DNA of 64,000 nt from Candidatus Falkowbacteria bacterium. GTDB taxonomy: Bacteria; Patescibacteriota; Patescibacteriia; XYB2-FULL-38-15. Positions 8,975 through 18,072 of the stretch are shown here, piece by piece (within the stretch, counting starts at the first letter, position 1; each line of letters opens with the position of its first letter). Below the pieces are notes generated by a model that worked only from the letters and a program-made list of their open reading frames with translations, was not told where the DNA came from and did not search any database. The stretch is from positions 4,368 through 68,367 of the forward strand of contig JACRNW010000012.1 of the NCBI GenBank assembly GCA_016214745.1. Direction: 5' to 3'. Made by a program: the position numbers and the translations under genes.

Positions 8975-10190
8975 AAATAAAAATTTCCCGCATTACTTTT
9001 TGATCTGGGCGTGAGTAAATTGTGGAGCCGCGTTTCGTGATTTTTAAAAAATTGAAATCAGTAAATTCTTTAGGTAGAAGGTCAGCGGCTTGAAAGCCGA
9101 TTTTTTTTATTTCATCTATAATTGGTAAAAATAAGTTTTCATTTTTTCTGTGGAAGACGGGAAAAGCAATGACAATTTTGCCGCCAGATTTTAGAATTTT
9201 TTTAAATTCGCGGAAAGCGGCGAGATAAAGAGCGGATAATTCTTCAACAACTTTTTTTATCATTTCGTCGGTTTCGTTTCCTTGCATCGGCGGACCGAGA
9301 TACGGTTCAGTAATAACCGCATCCACCGAGCGAGGTGGTAGTTTATTGCCAAGGTGGCGAACATCGGATTCAATTAAGTTATAAGTTTCAAGTTTTAAGT
9401 TATAAGTTTTTGAAAGCCATTCCAGGTTTTGTTTCGCGCCGGCGATAATTTCGGGATTAATGTCTGAACCAGTCAAATTCTGATAGCCCATTAGCGCCGC
9501 CTCGCCCAAAATTGTGCCGAGGCCCAAGAAGGGATCTAAAATAGTTGCAGATTTATCAATGTTGGCTAAATTAATCATAATTTTTGCTAATTTTGGCGGG
9601 AGAAGGCCGACTTTCATGCTTCGTACCGGGCGGCTGTAATCGCGGAAACTTAAATTTTCAAATTCTTGGACGGCTAAAGTTCTGCCGAGATAAGTTTTCT
9701 TTTCGTCAATCAAGAAAATTAATTCCGCGCCGGCTTCGGTCAGTAGTTTATTTTTTTCCACGACAACCGAACTTAAATTTTTTTCTTTTGAAGTAACCCA
9801 TCGGGCGGCCGCTCCGGTATCAGCCAGAATGTCTTTGATTGCCATAGCCATTTTTTTTATTTTTTGGGTTTTGTTTTGGAAGTTTTTTAATGGTAATTTG
9901 TCGTCTATTTTATAAAAACTAAAGCCAAAATAAGATTTTTTTCCGTGAACTCGGGGAATATTTTCCGCGATATCTTCTGGTCTTGGGTCATCAAAAGCAT
10001 TCAAAATTGTACCAATTTTTATTGTGCCGCCGAGTCGCGCCATAAGATCGAAAACATCCTGGTCTTTTTCGGTTAGAAGCAGGAGAGCCTCTGGCGAAAC
10101 GGCTAAAAATTTTGTTTTATCCGAAAGAAGCGAGACAATTTCAGCGCTTGACAAAGTTGGATTTTGGCCTAAAATAAAGAAGTATTTCAT
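8964..10190 (-). CDS. Class I SAM-dependent RNA/DNA methyltransferase (Trm11/RlmL-like).
   Basis: Motif I is ILDPFLGLGTILGEAALMGY and motif IV-like is VITEPYLGPP. Confidence 0.5.
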   Translation of the reverse strand: MKYFFILGQNPTLSSAEIVSLLSDKTKFLAVSPEALLLLTEKDQDVFDLMARLGGTIKIGTILNAFDDPRPEDIAENIPRVHGKKSYFGFSFYKIDDKLPLKNFQNKTQKIKKMAMAIKDILADTGAAARWVTSKEKNLSSVVVEKNKLLTEAGAELIFLIDEKKTYLGRTLAVQEFENLSFRDYSRPVRSMKVGLLPPKLAKIMINLANIDKSATILDPFLGLGTILGEAALMGYQNLTGSDINPEIIAGAKQNLEWLSKTYNLKLETYNLIESDVRHLGNKLPPRSVDAVITEPYLGPPMQGNETDEMIKKVVEELSALYLAAFREFKKILKSGGKIVIAFPVFHRKNENLFLPIIDEIKKIGFQAADLLPKEFTDFNFLKITKRGSTIYSRPDQKVMREIFIFRH

Positions 10191-10254
10191 AATCCTCTGG
10201 TTTATATGCGAAAGTAAAGAGTTATTTAGTTTTGTTTTATTATATCACATCTTA

Positions 10255-10382
10255 CCCCGTTAGAAGTCCTCCGCGTAAAAATTTAATAAATTTTTACGCC
10301 CAAAAGTCATCGTCGTTTTTAAAAAAAATATTCCAACTCCGGCTGTCGTTTAAAGATAAATTAAACGGACTTCTAACGAGGC
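10255..10382 (+). promoter_or_regulatory. Copy 1 of a structured leader-element family (CCCCGTTAGAAGTCC ... GGACTTCTAACGAGG), oriented toward rpsF.
   Basis: Terminal inverted repeats enclose an AT-rich hairpin (gcgtaaaaattt-aataa-atttttacgc). Homologous copies are at 17418..17545 and 49405..49545. Confidence 0.6.
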
Positions 10383-10513
10383 TTGCACAATTTTTAGGGT
10401 TATGCTAAACTTTTAGAAACTTTATTATCAAGCGAGCGAGAGAAATGAAATTTATTTCATTTCCGAGCGAGCGCAGATAACAGGGATTTAATGCCCTTTA
10501 TTTAAATAGTTTT

Positions 10514-10957
10514 ATGAAACATTACGAATTATTGTACATTATCCCGGGACGTTATACCGAGGAAGAGATGGAGGGGATCAGCGGCAAAATTAACGAGACG
10601 GTCAAAAAATACGGCGGGGAAATAACCTCAACCGATAATTTGGGTTCTAAAAAAATAGCTTACCCCATTGCCAATACTCAGGTTGGGAATTATCTTGTGA
10701 TTGAGTTTAATGCCGAGCCGGAAAAAATCAAGGAACTTGAAGGGGAGTTAAAATTAACACCAGAAGTTTTGCGGTGCGAAATCGTGCTGAAGAAATTAAA
10801 AACTCAGGCGGAAATTGACGCGGAAAAAATAAGAAAAGAAAAGATGGCCGAAAAAGCGAAGGTAGAAGAAGTAAAAGCAGAGCAACCGGCGCCCAAGGTC
10901 AGTTTGGAAGAATTAGACAAAAAACTCGGCGAAATCCTTGAAGGAGATATTATTTAA
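10514..10957 (+). CDS. rpsF: 30S ribosomal protein S6.
   Basis: The N-terminus reads MKHYELLYIIPGRYTEEEMEG and the C-terminus is acidic/Lys-rich. Confidence 0.9.
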   Translation: MKHYELLYIIPGRYTEEEMEGISGKINETVKKYGGEITSTDNLGSKKIAYPIANTQVGNYLVIEFNAEPEKIKELEGELKLTPEVLRCEIVLKKLKTQAEIDAEKIRKEKMAEKAKVEEVKAEQPAPKVSLEELDKKLGEILEGDII

Positions 10958-10975
10958 AAGTAAATATTCAACTTT

Positions 10976-11422
10976 ATGAATTTGAATAAAGCGATGATTA
11001 TCGGAAATTTGACTCGCGATCCAGAAGTTAAAACTACTCCTTCTGGTCAAAGCGTTTCCTCTTTTTCCGTGGCGACAAACCGCGTTTGGACAAATGCGCA
11101 GGGGCAAAAGCAGGAAGCGGTTGAATATCATAATATTGTTGCTTGGGGAAAATTAGCAGAAATTTGCGGCCAATATTTAAATAAAGGAAAAAAAGTTTAT
11201 ATTGAAGGGCGGCTGCAGACCAGAGATTGGCAGGGGCAAGACGGAGTTAAAAGATATAAAACTGAAATTGTTGCCGAAAATATGATTATGCTTGACCGCG
11301 GCGGCGCTCCGAGCGCTTCTTCGGGAGCATCAGCGTCGGCCCAGCCCTCGGAACCAGAAGTTCAGGCACCGGCCGAGGAGCCTCAAGAAGAAGAGATTAA
11401 AGTTGAAAACATTCCTTTTTAA
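10976..11422 (+). CDS. ssb: Single-stranded DNA-binding protein.
   Basis: An OB-fold N-terminus (MIIGNLTRDPEVKTTPSGQSV) is followed by a Gly/Ser-rich linker and an acidic tail ending in IPF. Confidence 0.9.
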   Translation: MNLNKAMIIGNLTRDPEVKTTPSGQSVSSFSVATNRVWTNAQGQKQEAVEYHNIVAWGKLAEICGQYLNKGKKVYIEGRLQTRDWQGQDGVKRYKTEIVAENMIMLDRGGAPSASSGASASAQPSEPEVQAPAEEPQEEEIKVENIPF

Positions 11423-11439
11423 ACAGACTAAATTAAATT

Positions 11440-11676
11440 ATGATTAGACAAAATAACAGCACAGCAACAACCGGACGGAAGACCTGCTACTTCTGCGCCA
11501 ATAACGTCAAGGAAATTGATTATAAAGATGAAGCGGTCCTTAGAAAATTTATTTCTTCTTACGGGAAGATTGTCCCGCGACGCCGGAGCGGAGTTTGCAC
11601 AAAGCATCAACGTAAGTTGGCGCTTGCAATAAAACGCGCTAGAATTCTCGGGATTTTGCCTTTTACAAATAAGTAA
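11440..11676 (+). CDS. rpsR: 30S ribosomal protein S18.
   Basis: The sequence reads CYFCANNVKEIDYKDEAVLRKFISSYGKIVPRRRSGVCTKHQRKLALAIKRAR. Confidence 0.9.
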   Translation: MIRQNNSTATTGRKTCYFCANNVKEIDYKDEAVLRKFISSYGKIVPRRRSGVCTKHQRKLALAIKRARILGILPFTNK

Positions 11677-11748
11677 ATATGGCGGAGCAATAAAATCCAC
11701 TCTTTAAAATCGGGGTGGATTTTGTAATGATGAGAGGAAGTCAATTTT

Positions 11749-12810
11749 ATGACGCCCAATTGGATGATCTTAAAAAAAGAAAAGGATAAACAAAAAAAGT
11801 TTTTTTTGAGAGCAAAAATTATTTCATTAATTAGAAATTTTTTTTGTAGAGAAAATTTTTTAGAAGTAGAGACACCAAGCCTTGTCCGGCTGCCGGGAAT
11901 GGAGCCGCATCTTGATCCCGTCAAAGTAAATTTTTCTATTTTGGGCGGAAAACGCGAAGCATATCTTACAACTTCGCCGGAATATGCCATGAAAAAAATT
12001 TTGGCGGCCGGTTTTTCTCGGATTTTTCAAATTTGCAAAAGTTTTCGCGGGGGAGAAGCGATGGACGATTTACACAATCCAGAATTTACTATTTTAGAAT
12101 GGTACAGGACAAATGCGGATTATAAGGATATTATGGATGATGCAGAAAAATTGATAACTTTTATTGGCGTTAATTTGCAAAACAAAAAACGCTTAACCTT
12201 CCCTAAAAAAATCAAGAATTTAAAGATAAAATATCAAGGAAAAATAATCGATTTAACTCCGCCTTGGCCGAAGCTCACCATAAGAGATGCGTTTTCTAAA
12301 TATGCTGGTATAGATTTAGATAAAGTGTTAGAGAGGAATAAAATAGTACGCGTGGCTAAAGATAAGGGTTATGTTATTTCAAAAAACGATAGTTTTGATG
12401 ACATTTTCTTTAAAATATTTTTAAGCGAGATTGAACCGCATTTAGGCCAAGAAAAACCGACAATCCTTTACGATTGGCCGGTTCAAATGGCTGCACTTTC
12501 CCGGCAGAAAAAAACCGATCCGCGTTATGCTGAAAGATTTGAGATTTATATCGGCGGCTTGGAACTGGGAAACGCCTTTTCGGAATTAATTGATTCGGGC
12601 GAGCAAAGAAGGCGGCTTGTCTCGGAAAGAAATTTGAGAAAAGAATTAGGCAAGGAAATTTACGATATTGATGAAGATTTTTTAGAAGCTCTCCGTGAAA
12701 TGCCGCCATCCGGAGGAATTGCTATGGGGGTAGACCGGATTGCGATGTTATTTGCTGACGCTAAAAGTATTGACGAAGTTATGTTTTTTACGGCCAAACA
12801 AATTTTATAA
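11749..12810 (+). CDS. epmA: EF-P lysine-34 lysyltransferase (class II LysRS paralog EpmA/GenX/PoxA).
   Basis: Class II aaRS motifs are present (FRGGE, EFTILEWY, GGIAMGVDRIAMLF). It lacks an anticodon-binding domain and sits immediately upstream of efp. Confidence 0.75.
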   Translation: MTPNWMILKKEKDKQKKFFLRAKIISLIRNFFCRENFLEVETPSLVRLPGMEPHLDPVKVNFSILGGKREAYLTTSPEYAMKKILAAGFSRIFQICKSFRGGEAMDDLHNPEFTILEWYRTNADYKDIMDDAEKLITFIGVNLQNKKRLTFPKKIKNLKIKYQGKIIDLTPPWPKLTIRDAFSKYAGIDLDKVLERNKIVRVAKDKGYVISKNDSFDDIFFKIFLSEIEPHLGQEKPTILYDWPVQMAALSRQKKTDPRYAERFEIYIGGLELGNAFSELIDSGEQRRRLVSERNLRKELGKEIYDIDEDFLEALREMPPSGGIAMGVDRIAMLFADAKSIDEVMFFTAKQIL

Positions 12811-12834
12811 ACTTTAAATTATAACTCTAAATTT

Positions 12835-13401
12835 ATGGCTTCAACGCAAGACATTAAGCGAGGCGTAGTCATTTTGTGGAAAAATGATCCGCATCTTGTA
12901 ACAGAATTTGAGCATATCATGCCGGGTAAGGGTTCGGCTTTTGTTCGCACGAAATTAAAAAATTTAAAAACTGGAAAAGTTTTAGAAAACACTTTTAAGG
13001 TTGGGGAAAAAATTGACGTGGTTGATTTGGAAAAAAGAAAAGTCCAATATCTTTATGCGAGCGGAGATAAATTTGCGTTTATGGATAATAACACTTATGA
13101 GCAATTTGAGTTGGGGGTTGAGGTCTTGGCCGGCTTTGAAAAATATTTAAAAGAGGGATTGGAAGTGGTTTTGCTTTTTTCCGACGGCATGCCGATAACT
13201 TGTGAATTTCCCAAAAAAGTTTCATACAAAGTTACAGAGGCCGAGCCGGGTGTAAAGGGCGATACCGCTTCTGGGCGGGTGACGAAAGAGGTCACTGCAG
13301 AAAATGGCCTGAAAATTCGTGCACCGCTTTTTATCAAAGAAGGTGACACAATTGTCGTCAATACAGAAACCGGCGAATATGCCGAAAGGGCGTCGGAGTA
13401 A
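12835..13401 (+). CDS. efp: Elongation factor P.
   Basis: The sequence reads KRGVVILWKNDPHLVTEFEHIMPGKGSAFVRTKLKNLKTGKV and includes the conserved modified Lys in the PGKG loop. Confidence 0.9.
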   Translation: MASTQDIKRGVVILWKNDPHLVTEFEHIMPGKGSAFVRTKLKNLKTGKVLENTFKVGEKIDVVDLEKRKVQYLYASGDKFAFMDNNTYEQFELGVEVLAGFEKYLKEGLEVVLLFSDGMPITCEFPKKVSYKVTEAEPGVKGDTASGRVTKEVTAENGLKIRAPLFIKEGDTIVVNTETGEYAERASE

Positions 13402-13419
13402 AAATTAAAAATAGAGAAT

Positions 13420-13458
13420 TAAAAAACTCGGCTAGTCTCGGCCGAGTTTTTAGTTTGG
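13420..13458. terminator. Bidirectional intrinsic terminator between efp (+) and recA (-).
   Basis: The hairpin aactcggctagtctcggccgagtt is flanked by an A-run and a T-run. Confidence 0.5.
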
Positions 13459-13465
13459 AATTTTT

Positions 13466-14527
13466 TTAAGCGTTATTGTCGGGATTTTCTGCCGCTGCCT
13501 CTACCACCGTATTTTCCGCCGTGGCCTGGGCGGCATCCATAACCAACTTTCTAATTTGCGCCATTAATTTTGGTTTTTCTTTGAGATATCTTTTGGCTGT
13601 TTCCCGGCCAACGCCCAATTTTTCTTCGCCAAAATTATAAGAGTTGCCGCTTTTATTAATGATTTTATGGATAACCGCCGTGTCCAAGAGATCGCCGGAA
13701 AGAGAAATACCCTCGTTATACATAATATCAAATTCGCAGAATCTGAATGGCGGAGCAACTTTATTTTTAACGATTTTTGCCTTGACGCGATTCCCGATAA
13801 TCTGGTCGCCTTGTTTAATTTGGGCGGCCCGACGGACTTCAATGCGCACTGAGGAATAAAATTTGAGGGCCATGCCTCCGGTCGTGGTTTCGGGGTTTCC
13901 AAAAACAATGCCAATTTTATGTCTGATCTGGTTAATGAAAATAAGAGCGGTTTTTGTTTTTGAAATAACACCGGTTAATTTACGTAAGGCCTGAGACATT
14001 AATCTCGCCTGCAACCCCATATGTTGGTCGCCCATTTCACCTTCAATTTCCGCTTTTGGAACAAGAGCCGCGACTGAATCAACAACAATCACATCAACCC
14101 CGCCGGAGCGAACGAGCGTTTCCACAATTTCAAGAGCTTGTTCCCCAGTGTCTGGTTGAGAAATTAAGAGTTCCTCAATATTGACGCCGATTTTTGACGC
14201 GTATTCCGGATCAAGGGCGTGTTCGGCGTCAACAAAAGCGGCGATACCGCCGGCTTTTTGAATTTCCGCCACGACGTGCTGGGCGAGAGTTGTTTTACCG
14301 CTGGCTTCCGGACCGAAAATTTCAATGATTCTTCCGCGGGGCATACCGCCGATACCCAGAGCTAAATCCAGAGAAAGGCAACCTGAGGGGATAGATTCAA
14401 CTTCCATTCTTTTGGCCTCGCCAAGTTTCATAATTGAACCATCGCCGAATCTTTCTTTAATTTGATTAATCGCTTCTTCGGCTGCTTTGAATTTTTCGGA
14501 GACTTTTTCTTTATTTTCTTTGGTCAT
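13466..14527 (-). CDS. recA: Recombinase RecA.
   Basis: A Walker A motif ([14 protein letters not shown]) and RecA loop regions are present. The full length of about 350 aa fits. Confidence 0.95.
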   Translation of the reverse strand: MTKENKEKVSEKFKAAEEAINQIKERFGDGSIMKLGEAKRMEVESIPSGCLSLDLALGIGGMPRGRIIEIFGPEASGKTTLAQHVVAEIQKAGGIAAFVDAEHALDPEYASKIGVNIEELLISQPDTGEQALEIVETLVRSGGVDVIVVDSVAALVPKAEIEGEMGDQHMGLQARLMSQALRKLTGVISKTKTALIFINQIRHKIGIVFGNPETTTGGMALKFYSSVRIEVRRAAQIKQGDQIIGNRVKAKIVKNKVAPPFRFCEFDIMYNEGISLSGDLLDTAVIHKIINKSGNSYNFGEEKLGVGRETAKRYLKEKPKLMAQIRKLVMDAAQATAENTVVEAAAENPDNNA

Positions 14528-14547
14528 ATTTTTACGGTTTATTTAAA

Positions 14548-15234
14548 TTATTTTAAAATTACTTGTCGGTAAATGATATTTTCTCGGCTGCGTTTTTTTG
14601 CCGCTGAAATTTTTATGACATTTAAACCAGTTTTTAGACTGATAGACTCATTAAAATTTCCCAGAGCATCAGTTTGAATTGTTTGATCGTTAATTTTGAC
14701 GTTGACTTCTTTTTCCGTTTTTCCGGTCACAAAAATTGTTGGACTTTCAGTGGTTAAATTTTGGACGGGGTTTATTACCAGAAGATCGGGGGGCGAAAAA
14801 ATATTGTTTATTTCAAATCCGAGATATGTTAGAAAAAGGATAACAAGGATGGCGGCGATTGATATTTCAATCAGTCTTGGAGTAACAATAAAATGTTTTG
14901 AAGAAACTTTTTGGAGGAATGCCTGCTTTTTTGTTTGGTGATCAGTAAAATTTTCTTTGTCAAAGATTTTTTTTAATCCGGTAAGGTCTATATTCAAAAA
15001 ATTGGCGTAAGTCTCTAAAATTTTTTCAGAATAAACTCCGCCGGGCAAGTTTTCATAATCTCCAGCCTCGAGGGCAAGAATGTGATTTGGCCTGAGGCGA
15101 GTTGCCAGAGCCACCTCCTCAAGGGAAAGATTCTGTTCCCGGCGGGTTTCAGAAAGAATATCGCCAACAGTTTTATTTTTTATTTGAGTAACGGAAAATT
15201 TACGCATTTTCTTCGGGGTCCTCTTCCTCGGCAA
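14548..15234 (-). CDS. rodZ: RodZ-like HTH membrane protein.
   Basis: An N-terminal XRE-type HTH (VGDILSETRREQNLSLEEVALATRLRPNHILALEAGDYENLPGGVY) is followed by a single TM segment. Confidence 0.6.
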   Translation of the reverse strand: MPRKRTPKKMRKFSVTQIKNKTVGDILSETRREQNLSLEEVALATRLRPNHILALEAGDYENLPGGVYSEKILETYANFLNIDLTGLKKIFDKENFTDHQTKKQAFLQKVSSKHFIVTPRLIEISIAAILVILFLTYLGFEINNIFSPPDLLVINPVQNLTTESPTIFVTGKTEKEVNVKINDQTIQTDALGNFNESISLKTGLNVIKISAAKKRSRENIIYRQVILK

Positions 15235-17419
15235 GATTATCGTTATTATCGTTGTAGGAATTTGTCGGAGCCGCTACGCCGGCAATCAAAATATCGCGAG
15301 GTTTGGCGCCGTCAGCTGGTCCAATTATACCTTGTTCTTCCATAAGATCAAGCAAACGGGCAGCTCTTGCGTAGCCGACCTTAAGCCGTCGTTGAAGAAG
15401 GGAAGCCGAAGCCTTGCCGGCTTGGACAATAACTTCTTTGGCGTCGGAAAGCAATTCATCATCAGAATCGTTTCCCAAATCAAGTCCGGGGATAGAAACG
15501 CCGAACGTTGGTTTTTGAGTAACTTCTTCCAGATATTCCGGCTCGTCTTGATTTTTTAAATAATCAATAACTTTTTTAATTTCATGATCGCGGACGAGTG
15601 CTCCCTGCAGACGTTTCGGTTTGCCAAGATCCGGGCAAGTGTAAAGCATATCGCCGCGGCCTAAAAGTTTTTCTGCGCCGGAAGTGTCCAAAATTGTTCG
15701 CGAATCAGTGTTTGAGGCCACGGCAAAGGCGATGCGGGTTGTGATGTTGGCTTTAATTAAACCGGTAATAATATTAACGGACGGTCGTTGAGTGGCCAAA
15801 ATCAAGTGAATCCCTACGGCGCGCGCCATCTGAGCCAAACGGATAATTGCCGCTTCAACTTCCGCGGCGGCAACGACCATTAGGTCCGCTAATTCGTCAA
15901 TAATCAGAACGAGGTAAGGCATTTTCTCACCGGTTTCTCGGTTGAAAGCGCCAATGTCGCGTTTGCCATGTTTGGAAAGAAGTTCAAAGCGGCGATCCAT
16001 TTCGCCAATGACCCATTTTAGGGCGTTTACGGTTTTGACTGTGTCAGTAATAACCGGCGTCAAAAGATGCGGAATGCCGTTATAAACCGTAAATTCAACG
16101 CGCTTTGGATCAACCATAATCATCCGCAAATCATCTGGACTATTTTGGTAAAGCAAACTGACAATAATAGTATTTAAGCAAACACTTTTGCCAGAACCAG
16201 TCGATCCGGCCACGAGCAAATGCGGCATTTTTCCCAAATCGGAAACCCAAACTTTTCCCGAGACATCCTTACCAAGCGCCACCGTGAGATTAGTTTTTCT
16301 TTGTTTAAATTCTTGCGCCCGCAAAATTTCTTTCAAATTGACCGCGGCAACTTTTTGGTTTGGCACTTCAATGCCGACAAGTGATTTGCCGGGAATTGGC
16401 GCCTCAATTCTGATGGGATGAGCAGCCAGAGCCAGAGCTAAATCATTATGAAGACTTGTAATTTTAGTGAGCTTGACGCCGTCGGCCGGTTTTAAAGTGT
16501 ATTGAGTTACGGTTGGTCCAACCGAGATGTCTCCCATTTCCACAATAATACCGAAATTTTCCAAAGTTTTTTGAATAATATTCATTTGAGTTTTGATGTC
16601 GCCGCTTGTCGGTTTTTCAGATTGGTCATCAAGTAAATCTAATGGTAAATCAATTTTTTTTCGCGCAACCTTAACAATCATTGGGCTTGCTTCCGGCAGG
16701 GCGGATTGGTCCGATGTCTCGGCCGGCAAATTTTTTGCCTCAAAAGCAGGAGCAGTCGCGGGAGCCGCTTCAGCGGGTTCTTGTTCGCCTTCTCCATCAG
16801 CCGGAGATTCTTCAGGGCGGTCGTTAAATTTCATGCCCAAAAATAAAAGTTTGATATTTTGATAAATTTTTTTCCAGAAACTTCCTTTTTCCGCTATTTT
16901 ATGGAGCGAGGTATTGAAGGTTAAGAGAATTGAAGAAATAAAAACAGCCAGAAGAATTAGAGTAGTGGCCACTGATCCGAGAGAAGTTAAAAGCGGATAA
17001 GAAAGAGTGAGGCCCAAATATCCGCCGCCCTCGGAAAGTCCGGTGAAGGAAAATGGATCATTATAAGAAAAGCTAAGATGGAGCAAGCTTTCGGTTGAAA
17101 GAATTAAGAAAAAAAGACCAATGTAATTTGAAGCCCCAAGTTCGTATTTTTCTCCGTTCAAAATAATGTAGCCAAGCGCCAAAAAAATTATGGGGATGGC
17201 AAAACGGCCTAAACCAAAAAAGGAAGCCAGAGCTTTTTCCAGATGTTCTCCGGCCCCGCCTGCTAAATTGAAAAGACTTAAAATACTGATTCCGGCCAAG
17301 GCGAAAAGGAAAACAATTAAAATTCCTCGCCTGGTTTCCGGATTTAACCGCGATGTTCCTCGTCGGTTGCTTTTTCGTCCCTCATTTTTCTCGTTTTTTG
17401 TATATTTGATTTTAGGCAT
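15200..17419 (-). CDS. ftsK: DNA translocase FtsK/SpoIIIE.
   Basis: It has N-terminal TM helices, a Pro/Glu-rich linker, a Walker A motif (GSTGSGKSVCLN), and a C-terminal gamma domain. Confidence 0.9.
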   Translation of the reverse strand: MPKIKYTKNEKNEGRKSNRRGTSRLNPETRRGILIVFLFALAGISILSLFNLAGGAGEHLEKALASFFGLGRFAIPIIFLALGYIILNGEKYELGASNYIGLFFLILSTESLLHLSFSYNDPFSFTGLSEGGGYLGLTLSYPLLTSLGSVATTLILLAVFISSILLTFNTSLHKIAEKGSFWKKIYQNIKLLFLGMKFNDRPEESPADGEGEQEPAEAAPATAPAFEAKNLPAETSDQSALPEASPMIVKVARKKIDLPLDLLDDQSEKPTSGDIKTQMNIIQKTLENFGIIVEMGDISVGPTVTQYTLKPADGVKLTKITSLHNDLALALAAHPIRIEAPIPGKSLVGIEVPNQKVAAVNLKEILRAQEFKQRKTNLTVALGKDVSGKVWVSDLGKMPHLLVAGSTGSGKSVCLNTIIVSLLYQNSPDDLRMIMVDPKRVEFTVYNGIPHLLTPVITDTVKTVNALKWVIGEMDRRFELLSKHGKRDIGAFNRETGEKMPYLVLIIDELADLMVVAAAEVEAAIIRLAQMARAVGIHLILATQRPSVNIITGLIKANITTRIAFAVASNTDSRTILDTSGAEKLLGRGDMLYTCPDLGKPKRLQGALVRDHEIKKVIDYLKNQDEPEYLEEVTQKPTFGVSIPGLDLGNDSDDELLSDAKEVIVQAGKASASLLQRRLKVGYARAARLLDLMEEQGIIGPADGAKPRDILIAGVAAPTNSYNDNNDNLAEEEDPEENA

Positions 17420-17545
17420 ACCCCGTTAGAAGTCTGCTTTTGAGCAGATTAAGTAATCAAAGGTAAAATGGATGTATTTTTATCATTACCCCGTTTCGCT
17501 GTAAGCGAAAAATTTTTACGGAAAATTTTTCGCCAAGGATTTCTA
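17418..17545 (-). promoter_or_regulatory. Copy 2 of the structured leader element. Its 3' arm directly abuts the ftsK start codon.
   Basis: The minus strand reads CCCCGTTAGAAATCCTTGGCG-[cgaaaaatt..aatttttcg hairpin]-...GACTTCTAACGGGGT-ATG. Confidence 0.6.
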
Positions 17546-17721
17546 ACGGGGCATACCCCCTTAAATAATTGATAATTTGTTCTTAAATTATAGTATTATT
17601 GGGTAGAAAAGTAAATCCCCACACCAACAATTGTTGGTGTGGGGATAAACCCCTTCTGTCAATACCGAAACATTGGTGTCTATCTCTTGACAAGAGCATG
17701 ATTATTTCTTAAAATAACAAA

Positions 17722-17901
17722 AATCCCGCACTTTTTTTTAAAGTACGGGACAGACAAGATAGTAAGGAAAGAACTGGAGGCAGTGAGCTCGGCTTGGTCC
17801 CGTCATTCGACAGGACGCCGGACACGGGATTGGTTAAAGTGCCACCGCTAAAAGCGGGGTGCCGCCAAGGCGGCAAAAAATTGAGTGTGCACCCGATTTT
17901 T
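17722..17901 (+). ncRNA. Candidate small RNA of about 180 nt, identity unknown (size is compatible with 6S RNA but unverified).
   Basis: The upstream promoter is TTGACA(17687)-17nt-TAAAAT. A 5' hairpin (cccgcacttt/aaagtacggg) is present. The terminal stem cggggtgc...gcacccg is followed by a T-run at 17895..17901. No ORF is present. Both flanking genes are on the minus strand. Confidence 0.35.
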
Positions 17902-18072
17902 ACTATTCCAATCCTTCCCGACCCCCATTTCTTTCCTTGCTATTTTCTTTTAAATTAGCGCTTTTTAAACACTAACAAGTAATCATACCATAAAATTAGA
18001 ATTTTGTCAATAGTCATTGACAAAAACCGCCGAAAGGGCGGTTTTTAGTTTATCTTAGATTTAATTTTTCTG

